NCBI RefSeq assembly: GCF_964194155.1
Contig: NC_135880.1
Location: 214,396,001 to 214,460,000 of the forward strand
Direction of reading: 5' to 3'
From: Cetorhinus maximus
Taxonomy: Eukaryota
Length of the DNA stretch: 64,000 nucleotides
Made by a program: the position numbers and the translations under genes. The notes under the pieces are model-generated. The model was given only the letters and a program-made list of their open reading frames with translations, was not told the DNA's origin and did not search any database. The first letter of the stretch is position 1; each line of letters starts with the position of its first letter. Positions 1 through 12,507 of this stretch are shown in pieces.

Positions 1-189
1 AACAAAGAAAAAGCATCATAAAATTCAGGCCAGAGAAGGTGTAGCTTTGAGTGTTGCTGAACAATAAATTGAATAGAAAGCAAAGGTGCCATTACTCCGT
101 GGTGCGTTCTCACCACAACTCGCCTCCATGGGCGGAGCTGCAAAAAAGCGCGCAAGAGTGGCTACAGCGACACTCATCCCAGACATTAA

Positions 190-785
190 TCGCCTAGCAA
201 TTGGGAATGAAGGTCTACACAGGCTGAATGCTTCAGGATTAACAGAAGCAGAGCTGAAGGATCCCAAAAAGATACGGACTACATTGGAAGACTGGTTCAG
301 AATCAGGTTAAACTTCCATATTCATTGACTAGAGCTCATGTCATTTCGAAAACAGCCTACAGAACCCATAGACCACTTTATCAGCAGATGCAGGGATAGG
401 GTACATGCAGTGATTTTTAAAATGCAGAGCTAGCAGACAGAATTGTTGAGCTGTTGGTTGTGTGCACTCCCATGGAAGTGTGGCAGAGAGACCTGCGAGA
501 CAAACCCAAAATGGCAATGATGTGCACGACGAGACAAAGAGCAGTGGACACACGTTTCACACCATCAATCTCATGGAAACCATCTCACCATCCAAAATGT
601 TCGAATTATCTGACCTAAGAAAGAAAGTTGGTAACTGTTTGTTAGTGGCCAAGGTTGGCACAGGGGCAAGTTCCAACATACTACCCCTGCGAATTCTAAA
701 AGACATGTATCCAGATATGGAAGGCCATGGCAAAACGTACTACTGTGAAACTAAGACTGAATCAGATGACACATTTCCTTTCTAG
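190..785 (+). mobile_element. Gypsy-type LTR retrotransposon relic (gag and aspartic protease fragments)
   Basis: Translates to LAIGNEGLHRLNASGLTEAELKDPKKI...LNFHIH*LELMSFRKQPTEPIDHFISRCR (gag-like), then LVAKVGTGASSNILP (degenerate DTGA protease motif). Stops and frameshifts are present. Confidence 0.7.
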
Positions 786-834
786 TGATGTCATGCTGAT
801 ATCTCTTAAAGGCATATTACAAACAGTGCACACA

Positions 835-2370
835 AATCACAGAATATTAGCATGTAGGTACAGCAAGCAACCGGAAAGCCAAATGTTTTATTAGCCTTTA
901 TTGCAATGGGGGTTGCAGCTTATGAGTAAACAAGTCATGCTGCAATTTCATAAGACTTTGTGTGGCTACAGCTACTGTGTATAATTTTGGTCTCCTTACC
1001 TAGGGAGGATAGAATTGTCTTAGAGGGGGCACAACAAAGATTGATCCCTGGGGTTATCTCATAAGGAGAAATTAGTAGAATGGCCCTAAATTCTCTGGAT
1101 TTTTGACAAGGTTTTCCCATTGAAACATAGAATTCCAGGATGGCTTGACATGGTAAATGCTGGGAGGCTGTCTCCCCTGGCTAAGATTCCAAAACTGTGA
1201 GTCATGGGTCATAGGGCTGAATAATATAGGTGGTGGAGGGAGGGGGTGGGTGCATGGGAGTGGATGACATGCCCTTCACCCAGCCTGGAAACCATGGAGA
1301 CATGGAGCTGACACGCTCCACGCTGATCTGCTCTGCAGCCATAAAGCGGGGCAGGCTGGGCGTCTGAGGGCTGAGGGGGACTTCCAGCCCTCATTAGGGC
1401 TGAAGTCTCGACCTCTGGGGCTGCAGCTCCATCAATCCCAGCAGCACCAGGAAGGCATCAGTGGCCAGGACTGCTGGAGATACAAGGACCCCGAGGCCTT
1501 GAATCCCTGGGGCAGTTAAGTCTGGGGTCTTAAGCCGGGTAGGTTATTCAGAACGAGAAAACAGTAAAAACTGGGAAATAAGAATACTGGTCCAATCTGC
1601 TTTTTTCTTTCTGGCTAGTGAGAGGGGCAGTGGTGGTGGTGATGTGGAGGGTGGTTGCAGGGTGCAGTGAATGGGTAAGGGTGTGGGTTTAAGGGAGGGA
1701 GAGGGTAGGTAGGAAGGGGGAGAATTCAAGCTAAGGTGGGGGGCACCCTACAATCGGCAAAGGGCAGCCCGCAAAGAGCAATCCCCCCACTTCTTTCCTG
1801 CTCTTTAAATACTTGAGGTAAAAAGTCAGGCTACCTGCTCCCACCCTGCTGCCCATACCAAACATTTTATGGTCAATTGAGTTGATGAGAAGCCTAATCG
1901 ACCCTTAATTGTTCATTTATGTATGGTGGGCAGGCTGCCAATTTCAGTACCTGCCCACACCCCCCCCCATATTATGAGCTGAGCTTGTGGTGGGCGGGAA
2001 GATGGTGTGATGGGAACCAATCCCTTTTATGTGTCCCCCCCCACCCCCCCCCAACCCCTCACACTCCCCACGTCCTTCAGGAAACAAACCTGCCGGGGGC
2101 ATGTAAAATTCAGCTTATATTGTCATAATACAGGGTCAGCCGTTTAGAATTGAGATGAGGAGAAATTTCTTCACACAGAGGGCTGTGGAGGCTCAGTTAT
2201 TGAGTCGGTTCAAGACTGAGATAGATTTTTGGCCACCAAGGGAATCACGGAATAAGGTGATCAGGGAGTGGAAATGGGGTTGAGGTAAAAAATCAGCCAT
2301 TATCTTATTGAATGTTGGAGCTGGCTTGAGAGGCTGTATGGGGGTACTCCGGCTCCTATTTCTTACACTA
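835..2370 (+). mobile_element. CR1 LINE 3' fragment, split by a MITE at 1214-2116
   Basis: Degenerate copy of the RT C-terminus/3' UTR seen at 27.6-28.3 kb (e.g. gagatgaggagaaatttcttcacacagagggctgtgg, aatcagccattatcttattgaatg). The sequence is continuous once the MITE is removed. Confidence 0.85.
1214..2116 (+). mobile_element. Harbinger-type MITE, family B, copy 1
   Basis: Termini GGGCTGAATAAT...AAAATTCAGCTT with 3-bp TSD ATA (1211-1213 / 2117-2119). The interior is homologous to the reverse complement of 30142-30941. Confidence 0.75.
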
Positions 2371-2374
2371 AACT

Positions 2375-2900
2375 GCAGATCAGTTGTTGCATTGAGTCAG
2401 TGTGTTCAAATCCCAAATCATGAGTTCAGCACTTAGTCCAGGGTGACCATTTACCGCAGCACTTGAAGGAGTGCTCGTTTGTTTAGGTCAGGACTTTTGG
2501 AAGACACTTGAAACCGATGCCCCATTTGCCTGCTCAAGTGGATGTAAACGATCACACGACATGGCTACCAGTGCTCCCCTTAACCCCAACACCTCCAAAA
2601 ACAAAATATCGTGGAAATCTGAAATTAAAAACAGAAATTGCTGGAAATACTCAGAAGAAGAGTCATATTTGACTCAAAATGTTAACTCTGTTTTTCTCTC
2701 TCTCCACAGATGCTGCCAGGCCTGTTGTTTTTATAGCCAAAAACAGACTAACTAATCATTTATCACATTGCTGATGTGGAATTTGCTGAGTGCAAATTGA
2801 TTATGGAGTTTGCTGATAAAACCGTGGTGATTCATTGGCTGTGAAGTGCTTTGGGACATCCTAAAGACTTGGAAGGCGTTATAAAATTGCCGGTTCTATC
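2375..2900 (+). mobile_element. Deu-core (SacSINE1/AmnSINE1-like) SINE, degraded
   Basis: B-box-like gttcaaatccc head, core gcctgctcaagtggatgtaaacgatc, tail ttcattggctgtgaagtgctttgggacatcct. Homologous to the minus-strand copy at 8.9-9.4 kb. Confidence 0.65.
2604..2736. mobile_element. Short Penelope terminal-repeat fragment with inverted head/tail arrangement, inserted in a SINE
   Basis: aaaacagaaattgctggaaatactcag followed by ...tccacagatgctgccaggcctg matches the Penelope 3' end at 19546 in both orientations. Flanked by the direct repeat CCAAAAACA (2595-2603 / 2737-2745). Confidence 0.7.
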
Positions 2901-3851
2901 TCTGTTGGTAGTTATGAGGAAAAGTGTGAGCAGTGAAAAGAAAAAAGTGTCCCAGATGCCAGCTTTAGAGGAATTACTGAATATATTTTATTTTGCTTGG
3001 CAGTGTTCTGCTGAATACCAGAGAAAAGTCAAGTTTCAACCTATCTTAGAAATAGGCAGCAGCCAAGACCTCGAGGCCGTCAAGCCTCTAACCCTGCTGC
3101 TAGAAGCAGAGCACTGAATGCTATTAGCTGTAACCATGACGGCAAACAGCCTTAAACCTTAAAGACTGATCGTGCATGATAACATCAGAACAGCCACATT
3201 TCAATCAGGGAGCAGTGGAAGCTGCAACAAGATCACGGCCAAGCGTTTAGGAGACCTGAGCAAGTTTCGCTTTGTGGAGTGCACCCAGATTCAGTATGTG
3301 TGTGGTAAAGCTATCCTGAGGCCTCTGGGAGGATGTGAAGGAAATGTGGCAAACCCTAAAATACGGTAAGAAATTTGGCACGCCCCATTCATAATAGTTG
3401 CAGAATGTCAACTCTGTACATCTGTGTGGAAGCACGACAGTGCAACCAGAGGTGGAATAACACACAAGCCAACAGGGACCCTGGCCAAATATGGTGCCAA
3501 TGGCAAAACTCACCGTAGCACAGAAAAACTGCATACAGCTTCTGATTAAAATATTCCAGGTTTTGATTCACTTTGTTGTCAATAGAGTGCGTAAATATTC
3601 TACTTCCCGCATTTGAATATTTATTTATGCTTTAATAAACAGGTTGTGGTGTACAGGAGCTCTGACTGTCCTCGATGCCCAGGTGCAACAAAAATAACTC
3701 GTAAACTAGAGTATGAGAATGTTGTCATTGCTATAACTAAGACGATAACGTGGACAGAACAAAGGCCCATGAAGTCACCAGCCCTGGGTCAACTTGTTAC
3801 AACGTACATTTACGTCTAATAGGCACAGGCTAAAACAAAAAGATCATCTCG

Positions 3852-4500
3852 AATATAAGAACATAAGAAATAGGAGCAGTAGGCCATTCAGCCCCTCCAG
3901 CCTGTCCCGCCATTCAATAAGATCATGGCTGATCTGCCCCAGGCCTCAACTCCCCTTTCGTGCCAACTCCCCATGGCCCTCAACTCCCCGATCTTTCAAA
4001 AATCTATCTACCTCCTCTTTAAATACTTTCAGCGATCTAGCCTCCACAACTCTCCGGAGCAGAGAATTCACTACCCTCTGAGAGAAGAAATTGCTTTGCA
4101 TCTCAGTTCAAATGAGTGTCCCCTTATTTTGTAACTATGTCCCCTAGTTTGATATTCCCCCACTAGTGGAAACATCTTTTCAGCATCTATCCTGTCAAGC
4201 CCCCTCAGAATCTTGTACGTTTCAATAAGATCACCCCTCATTCTTCTAAACTCTAATGAATAAAGGCCCAACCTGTTTAGCCGTTCTTGATAAGACAACC
4301 CCTTCATCCCAGGAATCAGTCTAGTGAATCTCTTTTGAACAGCCTCCAATGCCAGTATATCCTTTCTTAAACACGGGAACCAAAACTGTACACAGTACTC
4401 TAGGTGCAGCCTCACCAACATCCTGTACAGTTTTAACAAGACTGACCTAAACTCCAACACCCTAGCAATACAGGCCAAAATTCCATTTGCTTTCTTAATT
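3852..4500 (-). mobile_element. CR1 LINE, 5'-truncated (RT C-terminus and 3' UTR)
   Basis: ORF 4071-4478 LYRMLVRLHLEYCVQFWFP...LGLYSLEFRRMRGDLIETYKIL. Tandem tail (ataagaac)n at 3852. Confidence 0.92.
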
Positions 4501-6814
4501 AATCTAGGTCTGAATCCTGAAGCAAAGCCGAATGGCCTGGTAAAAAGTTGTTAAAAAGTCTGATCAAAAACTAAGTTTAAAGGTTGGCTAAATTGACTAC
4601 GATAGCTCTAGTAACCAACCCAACACCTTGGTTACTGAGCCTGGTAACTGTCAGATGAGAATCTGTTTTTGCCTGAGACATGAGAAGTGTGATAGGGAGA
4701 AGTCAATGTGCCATGTCTGTTCATGAGGGAATATGACTCGATTTGAACCATGCGAAAGGTATTCAAAATTTTGGATCCCAAAAGGGATTCTGCATTCAAT
4801 CCAAGAAACTCATTGCTTACCTCCGCTTGGCAGATTATGGTAATTATAGTTTGGATAAACATAGGACTGTAGCTTTAAGAATAATTCTGCATTGTAAGAT
4901 CACTTGATCTTTGGCAACCAATGTGTTAGCAGCATAGGGAACCTCCAGTAGAGAGTTCTTCTTTAGTTCTGGAGTTTGATGCATACGTGTAGTTGCTGCT
5001 GCTGTTTTGTAAATAAAGTTAAATGCGTCCACTAAGAAAAGTTGTCTGGAAGATCAACTCTATAACACAGATACAGAAGATTGTGTGCGTCCTTTGGTAT
5101 ATCAGTACTCTAGAAAAATGTGAGCATAGGAAGAAACCATTAATAGTGTCTAATGCAAGTCTAAAGGCTGACACATTGTGGTGTATGGTAAAAGCTCAAG
5201 AAGCTGCAGTGACTATAGGATGCTCAAAAGCCTTATGGAAAACTGTTGTGTACACAACCTACAACTCAACAGAGATAAGGATAAAATAAAACTTCGAGAA
5301 GTTCAAATTATGGAACCTATTAATCCAGGTCAAGGTTAAAAACAAGCTCAGAAAATGTCAGAGCAGATTTGAAAATCCACAAGCTCTTGAATGTCACAGA
5401 ATTTCAAGGATTTATGTCGCATCCCTCGCTCAGTTTTTTTTTTGTGGAAGCTAAATGATGTATGTGAATCACTGAAACAAAACTGACACTGAAAGATACA
5501 GAATGGTGTTAGCTGCACATTCACAGCCAAGCGATTGAACAAGTCAAACAGCTGGCAATATCTCACTAAGTATTGAAGTGTTGGAAGGCTGAACTCACCG
5601 TGCAAAAAAAATGCCCCTAACCCAAGGTCTGGAGCGGCACTGACATAGCTGGAACAGCTAGTCACACATGAAAGCATCATATCAGGATAAGGCCCGCCTA
5701 GATTGAAAAAGATATTATTTAAACCTGAGAGATTCCACTTATAAGTCCATGCCACATCAATAACTGTTTGGATCAGAGGTCGATAAAGGTTATATTGTGG
5801 AAACCACCTCATTCTACATCAAAACAGCTAGAAAGAATGTTAATTATATTCGAGATATTACCAGTACAGATAAATCATCAGCCACAAAAACAGTTGCAGC
5901 TTGATGATCTTTTTGTTAAAGTATGTTTATCATACAGTTCCAAGGATAAAGGCAAACCATAGGCGACAGAGAATAATATTGAAGACTTACCCATAGAGCC
6001 ATGACTGCAGGAGTTAAAAGCCTTCAGATTCTGTAGACGAGCACTTCACAATTTGACACTGAACAGGATGAGGTAACCAGCACCAGTTATTTCATTCTTT
6101 CTGTTTAGAAATGAACACAGTGCCCAGAATGATGATGTATTTTGAATTGAATGCGTAATAATCTTCAAATCATTGAGAAGGGAAATCATGTAATGTATCA
6201 TTTCAACCTGCATTGCACTGGAAGGTTGTTTGTGAAGAGCAAACATGTTTTTTTGAACAAAATAAATACAGTGTAGAACTGTAAGATTACATTGAGAAAT
6301 GTGGTTGCTCATCAAACAATAGAAATAGACAGCAGAAGGTGATAAAACCACATCAAGCACGTGAGCTCCTTGTTCAAAGGCTGGAAAGGATTTATTTGTT
6401 TTTGATGTTGTCTGTCAGAACATTGTTAATTATTATTACAATTACAAAGAAACATGCAACATGGAGGACATGCAAAAACCCTAACTTGAAAATTTGCAAT
6501 GTTAATTTGCAAAATGTGCAACACCACATGTCTGTTTTTCCAGATAATGGTCCATCTCAGAACAATTCATGACATTCCTAAGGAACTGGACTTTTAAGCG
6601 CAATACTTAACAGGAGTAGAAAAGTGAAATAAGAAATCCAAGCAACAAGATCTCTAATGACAGTAGTTAGCACGAGCAGATCCTTACTTAGCAATTTTGG
6701 AGTATGAGAGTGTGAGACTTGACAAGACAACCTCTTCATCCCAGGATTCGAGCAAACCCTTACTTTGGAGTCCAAAGCAGAGCCCAGTACACAGAACTAA
6801 GGACACTACAAGTA

Positions 6815-7180
6815 ATGGGGAGGTGATGATGTAGTGGCATTGTTGCTGGACTAGTAATTTAGAGATCCAGGGTAATGCTCTGTGGATGTGGGTTTGAATC
6901 CCACCACAGCAGATAGTGAAATTTGAATTTAATAAAAATCTGGAATTAAAAGTCTAATGATAACTATGGAACCATTGCTGATTGTTGTAAAAACCCATCT
7001 GGTTCACTAATGTCCTTTAGGGAAGGAAATCTGCTTTCCTTACCTGGTCTGGCCTACATGCGACTCCAGACCCACAGCAATGTAGATAACTCTTAAATGC
7101 TCTGAACTAGGGCAATTAGGGATGAGTAATAAATGCTGGCCTGGCCAGTGATGCCTACATCCCATGAATGAATTAAAAAA
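6815..7180 (+). mobile_element. tRNA-derived SINE sharing its 3' tail with the LINE at 62-63.6 kb
   Basis: Pol III A/B-box-like head (gatgtagtgg...gggtttgaatccc). The 3' end gggcaattagggatgagtaataaatgctggcc...catcccatgaatgaat matches 63507-63570. Confidence 0.8.
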
Positions 7181-7273
7181 ATAATTAAATGGGAAGTTGT
7201 TGAAAATGTGTAATGAGAGAATAAGAATATGCTCATTATTATACAAGTTTGCCAAAGAACTTTTACCTTTTGC

Positions 7274-7298
7274 GAGAGAGAGAGAGAGAGAGAGAGAG
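7274..7298. repeat. (GA)n microsatellite
   Basis: Directly visible. Confidence 0.95.
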
Positions 7299-7324
7299 GG
7301 AGATGTGGCAAGAGTGCTGACAAT

Positions 7325-8525
7325 GGGCTTGATTTTGGCTACTGAGGCAAATAGCTCGAGTCAGGAAATTTCCCAACGTGCTGGACCTGCCTCAGTCAAA
7401 ATTTCCCCGATTCACTGCTCGGGATTGGGGACAGGGGGGGAGGGATGTGGAGTGGGTATGTTTGGGATGGAATGGGGCCTTCTGACCCCAAAAGCAGAAT
7501 GTCGTTATGACTCATTATGTATGATGAGTTTGAGCCCAGACCTGTAAAAGCATTAGCTCAGCAGGGACTTCTGCTTTGACAACTGAAGTGAGTTGTTGAC
7601 TTTACTTGATTGATATCTTTAAGTGGTTAAAATAAGGTATTCTTTCTATAATCTCTTTTGCCAGTGTCTCAATGTTTATTTGGTGAAAATTAAGATGTGT
7701 GAAGTGTTTGAAGCCTCTTTAATTGTCTGTCTGATCGACTCTTTTATAGGGTTTAGGAACAGCAGTTTTTTTTCAATGGAAGATTTGTGAATGGGTGTTT
7801 TTTTTTCCCTCTCATTGCACTTGCATTGTTATTAGATAGCTCATTGGTTATGTTCATACTGGATGAATGGGCATTCAGAAGAAGCATGAGTTGGCATTAA
7901 GTTGGCATGCAGAGAATAAGGAGCTATGGGTGTGAGTGGGGGGGCATAAGTTGGCACTGAGTTGGAATGGACCGACATGGGGGCATTGAAGGGGCATGAG
8001 TAGGACCTTTTGAACTTACCTTTCAAAATGTTCCTCTAATAACTTGATGGAGCAGCAGGTTTTGTGAAGTAAACTTTATTTAGGATACATGTAGAGGTGT
8101 TTTGCATGCTAGGTGCGATCTCTCCGTTGGAAGCCCTGCCCACAGGATTACCCGCATAATACGCTTATTGGCCGAAGCCCCCAAAATTGCATCACATGAT
8201 GAGTGATTGACAAGAGGGAGGGACAATATATCTAGTTACTCCAGTTCCCGAATCCAGACTATGCTTCACATCTCACCGGAGGGGCCGTGAAATATGAATC
8301 ATAGAGAAGCTGGCCCAACTCCATGAAAATTGCGGGGATTTAGGAGGTGTCTGCCCCCACAATGGAGAAGGCCGGGTCAGGAGACTAAGGTGCAGGCTTG
8401 CTACCCATGCCCTTATCCTGCACCAGTGAAAATTAGGGGAATGGAGGCAGGAATTGCAAAATTGTGTCCCACTCACCATTTGTATATGGCTCTGCTGTCA
8501 TTCTGACTCCACAAAAATCAGGGCC
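7325..8525. mobile_element. Old TIR element (Harbinger-type MITE, family C)
   Basis: Termini GGGCTTGATTTTGG ... CAAAAATCAGGGCC. Flanks AAT / ATT are an imperfect 3-bp TSD. Confidence 0.5.
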
Positions 8526-8862
8526 ATTGTCTGACATGGATCAATGGGAGAAATGAGAGATCAAAGACCAGCAGGTTGTAGAACCTAGGAAGTTCCCAAT
8601 ATTAAGGCAGTAGGTAGATGTTGAGAAATTGCCATACGCTGACAAAGACATAAGAAAAACACATCCCTCCCTCTCTCACAGATGAAAAACTAAGAGAACA
8701 CAGGCACAGCAAGATGGTGGTGAAGAGCCATTCAAGGGAGATTAGAATAGTTGTGCTAGAGTGACAAATAACCAATTGTGACAATTGTGACAAGGCTTGA
8801 AGAATTGTAATGAAAGTAGATCATTTGAATGATTTTGTTACTTTGTTACTTAATGTTTATTA

Positions 8863-9400
8863 AAGAAAGAAAGACTTGCATTTATATTGTACCTTCCACG
8901 ACCACAGGACATCTCAAAGTGCCTCAGAGTCAATGAAATACTTTTGGAAGTTTAGTTGCTGTTAGGAAAGGCAGCAGCTTGCAAGGTCTCACAAACAACG
9001 ATGTGATAATGACCATATAATCTGTTTTATGATATCAATTGAGGGTTAAGTATTGTGTAAGTCACTGGGTTAAATCCCCTGTTCTTCATTATTCATTGAA
9101 ATAGTGCCAAGGGATCTTTTACATATCTGAGAGGGCAGGCAGGACCTCCGTTTAATATCTCATCCAAAAGACGGCACCACGAACAATGCAGCACTCCATC
9201 AGCCTAGACTGAAAACAAAACACTGCGGATGCTGGAAAAACTCAGAAGGTCTGACAGCATCTGTGGAGGGAGGAGCACAGTTAACTTATCAAGTAGACTG
9301 ATTTAACCTTGATTTTTGTGTTCAATTCCAGGAGGGAACTTGAACCCACAACCTTATGACTCACAGGCAAGAGTGCTACCAGCTAAGCCACTGCTGACAC
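8863..9400 (-). mobile_element. Deu-core (SacSINE1-like) SINE
   Basis: Tail aaagacttgcatttatat, core atagtgccaagggatcttttacat, and tRNA-like head ggaacttgaacccacaacc...gctaagccactg, all read as reverse complement. Confidence 0.75.
9213..9293 (-). mobile_element. Short Penelope 3'-end fragment inside a SINE
   Basis: ctggaaaaactcagaaggtctgacagcatctgtggag matches 19561-19598. Flanked by the direct repeat TAGACTGA (9205-9212 / 9294-9301). Confidence 0.7.
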
Positions 9401-10862
9401 CTCAATTATTAATGATATATATTAATATTAATAACGTATTCATTATAATTTGAGATAGAAGTGGTATAGGAATAGCAGGTCCTATTGTGAAAAGGGGTTA
9501 GATTTAACCAGTCTGAATTTTTGAAGGACAATGAGCAGCCTTAAAAAAAACAGAAGGTGGAGTTGGACGAATGGCTCTGCTGAAACAGTCAGCAAGGCGG
9601 TTAGATTGGTTTCCCAAAATAGCACTATCTGGTGTACAGGCTGAGTAATTACATCTTTAAGGAAACCACACCAGCTATCATGAGAGCTGGGACCTGTGCC
9701 ATACCTGACAAAGCTTTTACAAAGTAAAGTGTTTCTGTTCAGAAATACAGCTTCTGACATCTGCTTGATGATGTAAAGAACAAAGTGGGTTATACGTGCT
9801 TTTATTGTGTACATGATTTTCCCCTTGAACCTCGATGACAGAGTGTGTGCTCCCAAGGTTCTGCGAGTGTCACTGTAATGGCAACAAGCCAGCCCATACT
9901 GTGTTACCATTCAGTTTTCTGCCCCTCAGTCTGAAGCTGCGATCCTTTCCCTCCCCCCTGGTTTTGAAGTCCATGCATCATGAGGAATCCATATTGTGAT
10001 GGAAATCTTTGTGTAAATTGTCGCTCAGTGCAACACATTCATAAATAGAAGGCACCACTGGCCTATGCAATTTACATTTGATTTAAATAACTGAAAATAC
10101 AGGAAGTGATTAGCAAAATTTAGACAGCTAATATCGAAGGACATTAGAGCAAAGTACTCTTGAAGTAGCCTGTTGGCAGATCTGAAGTAGTAGTTCATCT
10201 TTACATCCCTATTCACATAATTTTCAAATTAAATTAAAATCAACCTCTAGTCATGAGTTAAAGATTAACACAAAATAGAATTTTAACAGATTAAATAATA
10301 TAAAAGAATAATACTAAATTAAAGATGTGCTAATCTAATTTCTAAGTGTCGATTAAGATTTCAAATTACATTTTAAACTTATATCCCTTTCAATTGCAGT
10401 GGCCAACAGTGAGTTTCCTGTGTAATTTGAATCATTTCGGCGTAGATAATACCGAGTAAATAGTTTTTTAACTGCTTAAGGCAAATATTAAATCTTAATT
10501 TCTTGAATCCTTTAAGGCTTGCGCATGTCTCCTTTGTTTAATAAAAGGTCAGTGAGGAACGAGTCAGTAAGATTAAATCAAATAAAAATGGGCAGCCATT
10601 TCTGTTGCATCTATCAACTGAGGATAGGCAGATTGGCTTAAGAATAGGTTACAGGCACAGCCACTAAGGGAGCATCAATTTTGGTATAGGTGTCCATTAT
10701 CTATTATTATAATCTGGTCACAGTTGCAGCTGATTTCCATTTTCTTGGTCCACTTTTCCTTCAGAATCCAAACAGCGGCTGAGTACTCGGACCCATTGAC
10801 TTGCTGAATTTGGTAATTGGTTAGCACTCCACTAACAGTAACACAGGAACAGATGTGAGCCA

Positions 10863-10963
10863 AAACAAAAACAGAATTACCTGGAAAAACTCAGCAGGTC
10901 TGGCAGCATCGGTGGAGAAGAAAAGAGTCGACGTTTCAAGTCCTCACGACCCTTCAACAGCAT
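10863..10963 (-). mobile_element. Short Penelope 3'-end insertion with hammerhead core, inside a CR1 tail fragment
   Basis: Closely similar to 19546-19641. 14-bp TSD acagatgtgagcca / acagatgtaagcca (10849-10862 / 10964-10977). Confidence 0.85.
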
Positions 10964-11772
10964 ACAGATGTAAGCCATTTCACCCCTCAAACCTATTCTT
11001 CCTTTCAATAAGATCATGCTGTCTGCAGCCTATAACCCCATCTGGTCCTCTTCCGTCATGCTTGATCCTGTAAGTTCTCAGCAAATCGCGAGGTTGTAAT
11101 TTTGAAAAATGGCTCTTTGCTTACAGAACACAGGAACAGGCCATTAAAAGTGCACTGGGGAGTATACAGGTAATTTTATGAATGACTTTCTTTGGGGATT
11201 TAGAAGTCAAGGAAAATCAGATAAATAAGTGAGCTATCCATGGTTTAACCCATACCCGTTAGTGATAACAGAATGTGGTATACAGACAGAACATTGGAAC
11301 ATTTGAGGTGGTCAAAATCCAATGCAGGATCTTGGTTCCAAGATGATAATACTTTCTAAAGGTCAATATTATTCTCAACATAAGTATATTATCCATGGCC
11401 CGATACTCTTATTTTTCACCTCTATATGCCTAGTGCTTTATATAACAGATGTACTGTTGAGAGACTAATCAGGATGACATGTTGGCAAAAAGTGAGAATT
11501 ACTTAGTGGATAATGTATTCACCTCATAAAATTTCCATTATTAATGAATGAGGGTCATTTTATATACTTCCCTCAAATGTACATTGAAGCTAAAATGAAT
11601 GTTAATGGTAACTGTTACTGAGTGTGAAAACGATCTCTCTCCACAGAACTTATTTTTAATCATTGATCTGTTGGGATATTTACATTTTGCGGTTTGTCAA
11701 AAATGCTAATATTCTAATTCTGTTCAAGGCCTAATCTATAGGCATGGGTTAAACCCACGATATTGGTCTCTC

Positions 11773-11810
11773 TATGTGTATATATTATATATGTATATAT
11801 ATATATATAT
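11773..11810. repeat. (TA)n / (TG)n microsatellite
   Basis: Directly visible. Confidence 0.9.
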
Positions 11811-12507
11811 GTCAATTTATAGGTATGGCTAAACTCAAAATTGGTTTCTTGCTGATGTGTCTAGCCAATCAACAAGTGTGGTTAGTGCTGGCTTTACACC
11901 GAAGTCATTGGAATGAGCAGGCAGCACAAGTGGCATTCTGCCTGCAGTGCAAACAATGTGTGTTAATCGCGTAACACGAGCTCTGTGTCCGCTTTCAAGA
12001 GCTCGTGATTTTAACCCCTGAAACCTTTTTCTTGTTATTTCAGCTATTTCTTAAAATAAGTGCTAATTTAATCTCTTGCTCAAAGTTTCAAGTCATTGGC
12101 ACCTAGCAGGAACTCGGTGAAAACTGAATTAAAAGGATGGCTAACGGACATTAGGGTCTGCATTAGGGTTAGGGAGCGAGTAAAATCCAGAAGGCTTCCC
12201 TTGGCTCAAGCTAACAGGGCAACCTTCCAGCGTGGGTTAGGAGAATGCATGTGTCTGAACTGAGAGCATAGCAAGCAGTCAGTGGGCTAAGCCGCCGGCA
12301 ATTGATCAGGTGGAGTGGGGCGGAGGTGGCTGTGGATTCAGGCAACCATGCAGCATACTAATCTCTGGCCATCCAAGTAGTAGTCAGCACTCTCTGGAAT
12401 ACATTAAGGGCCTTTAGACTTAACCAAGAGAGGTTTTTAGTAAACCCAAGCTAACCCACTTGTCTCTCTCTCTCTTTTTCACCCTACAAGAGGAGTACAT
12501 CAGGAGC

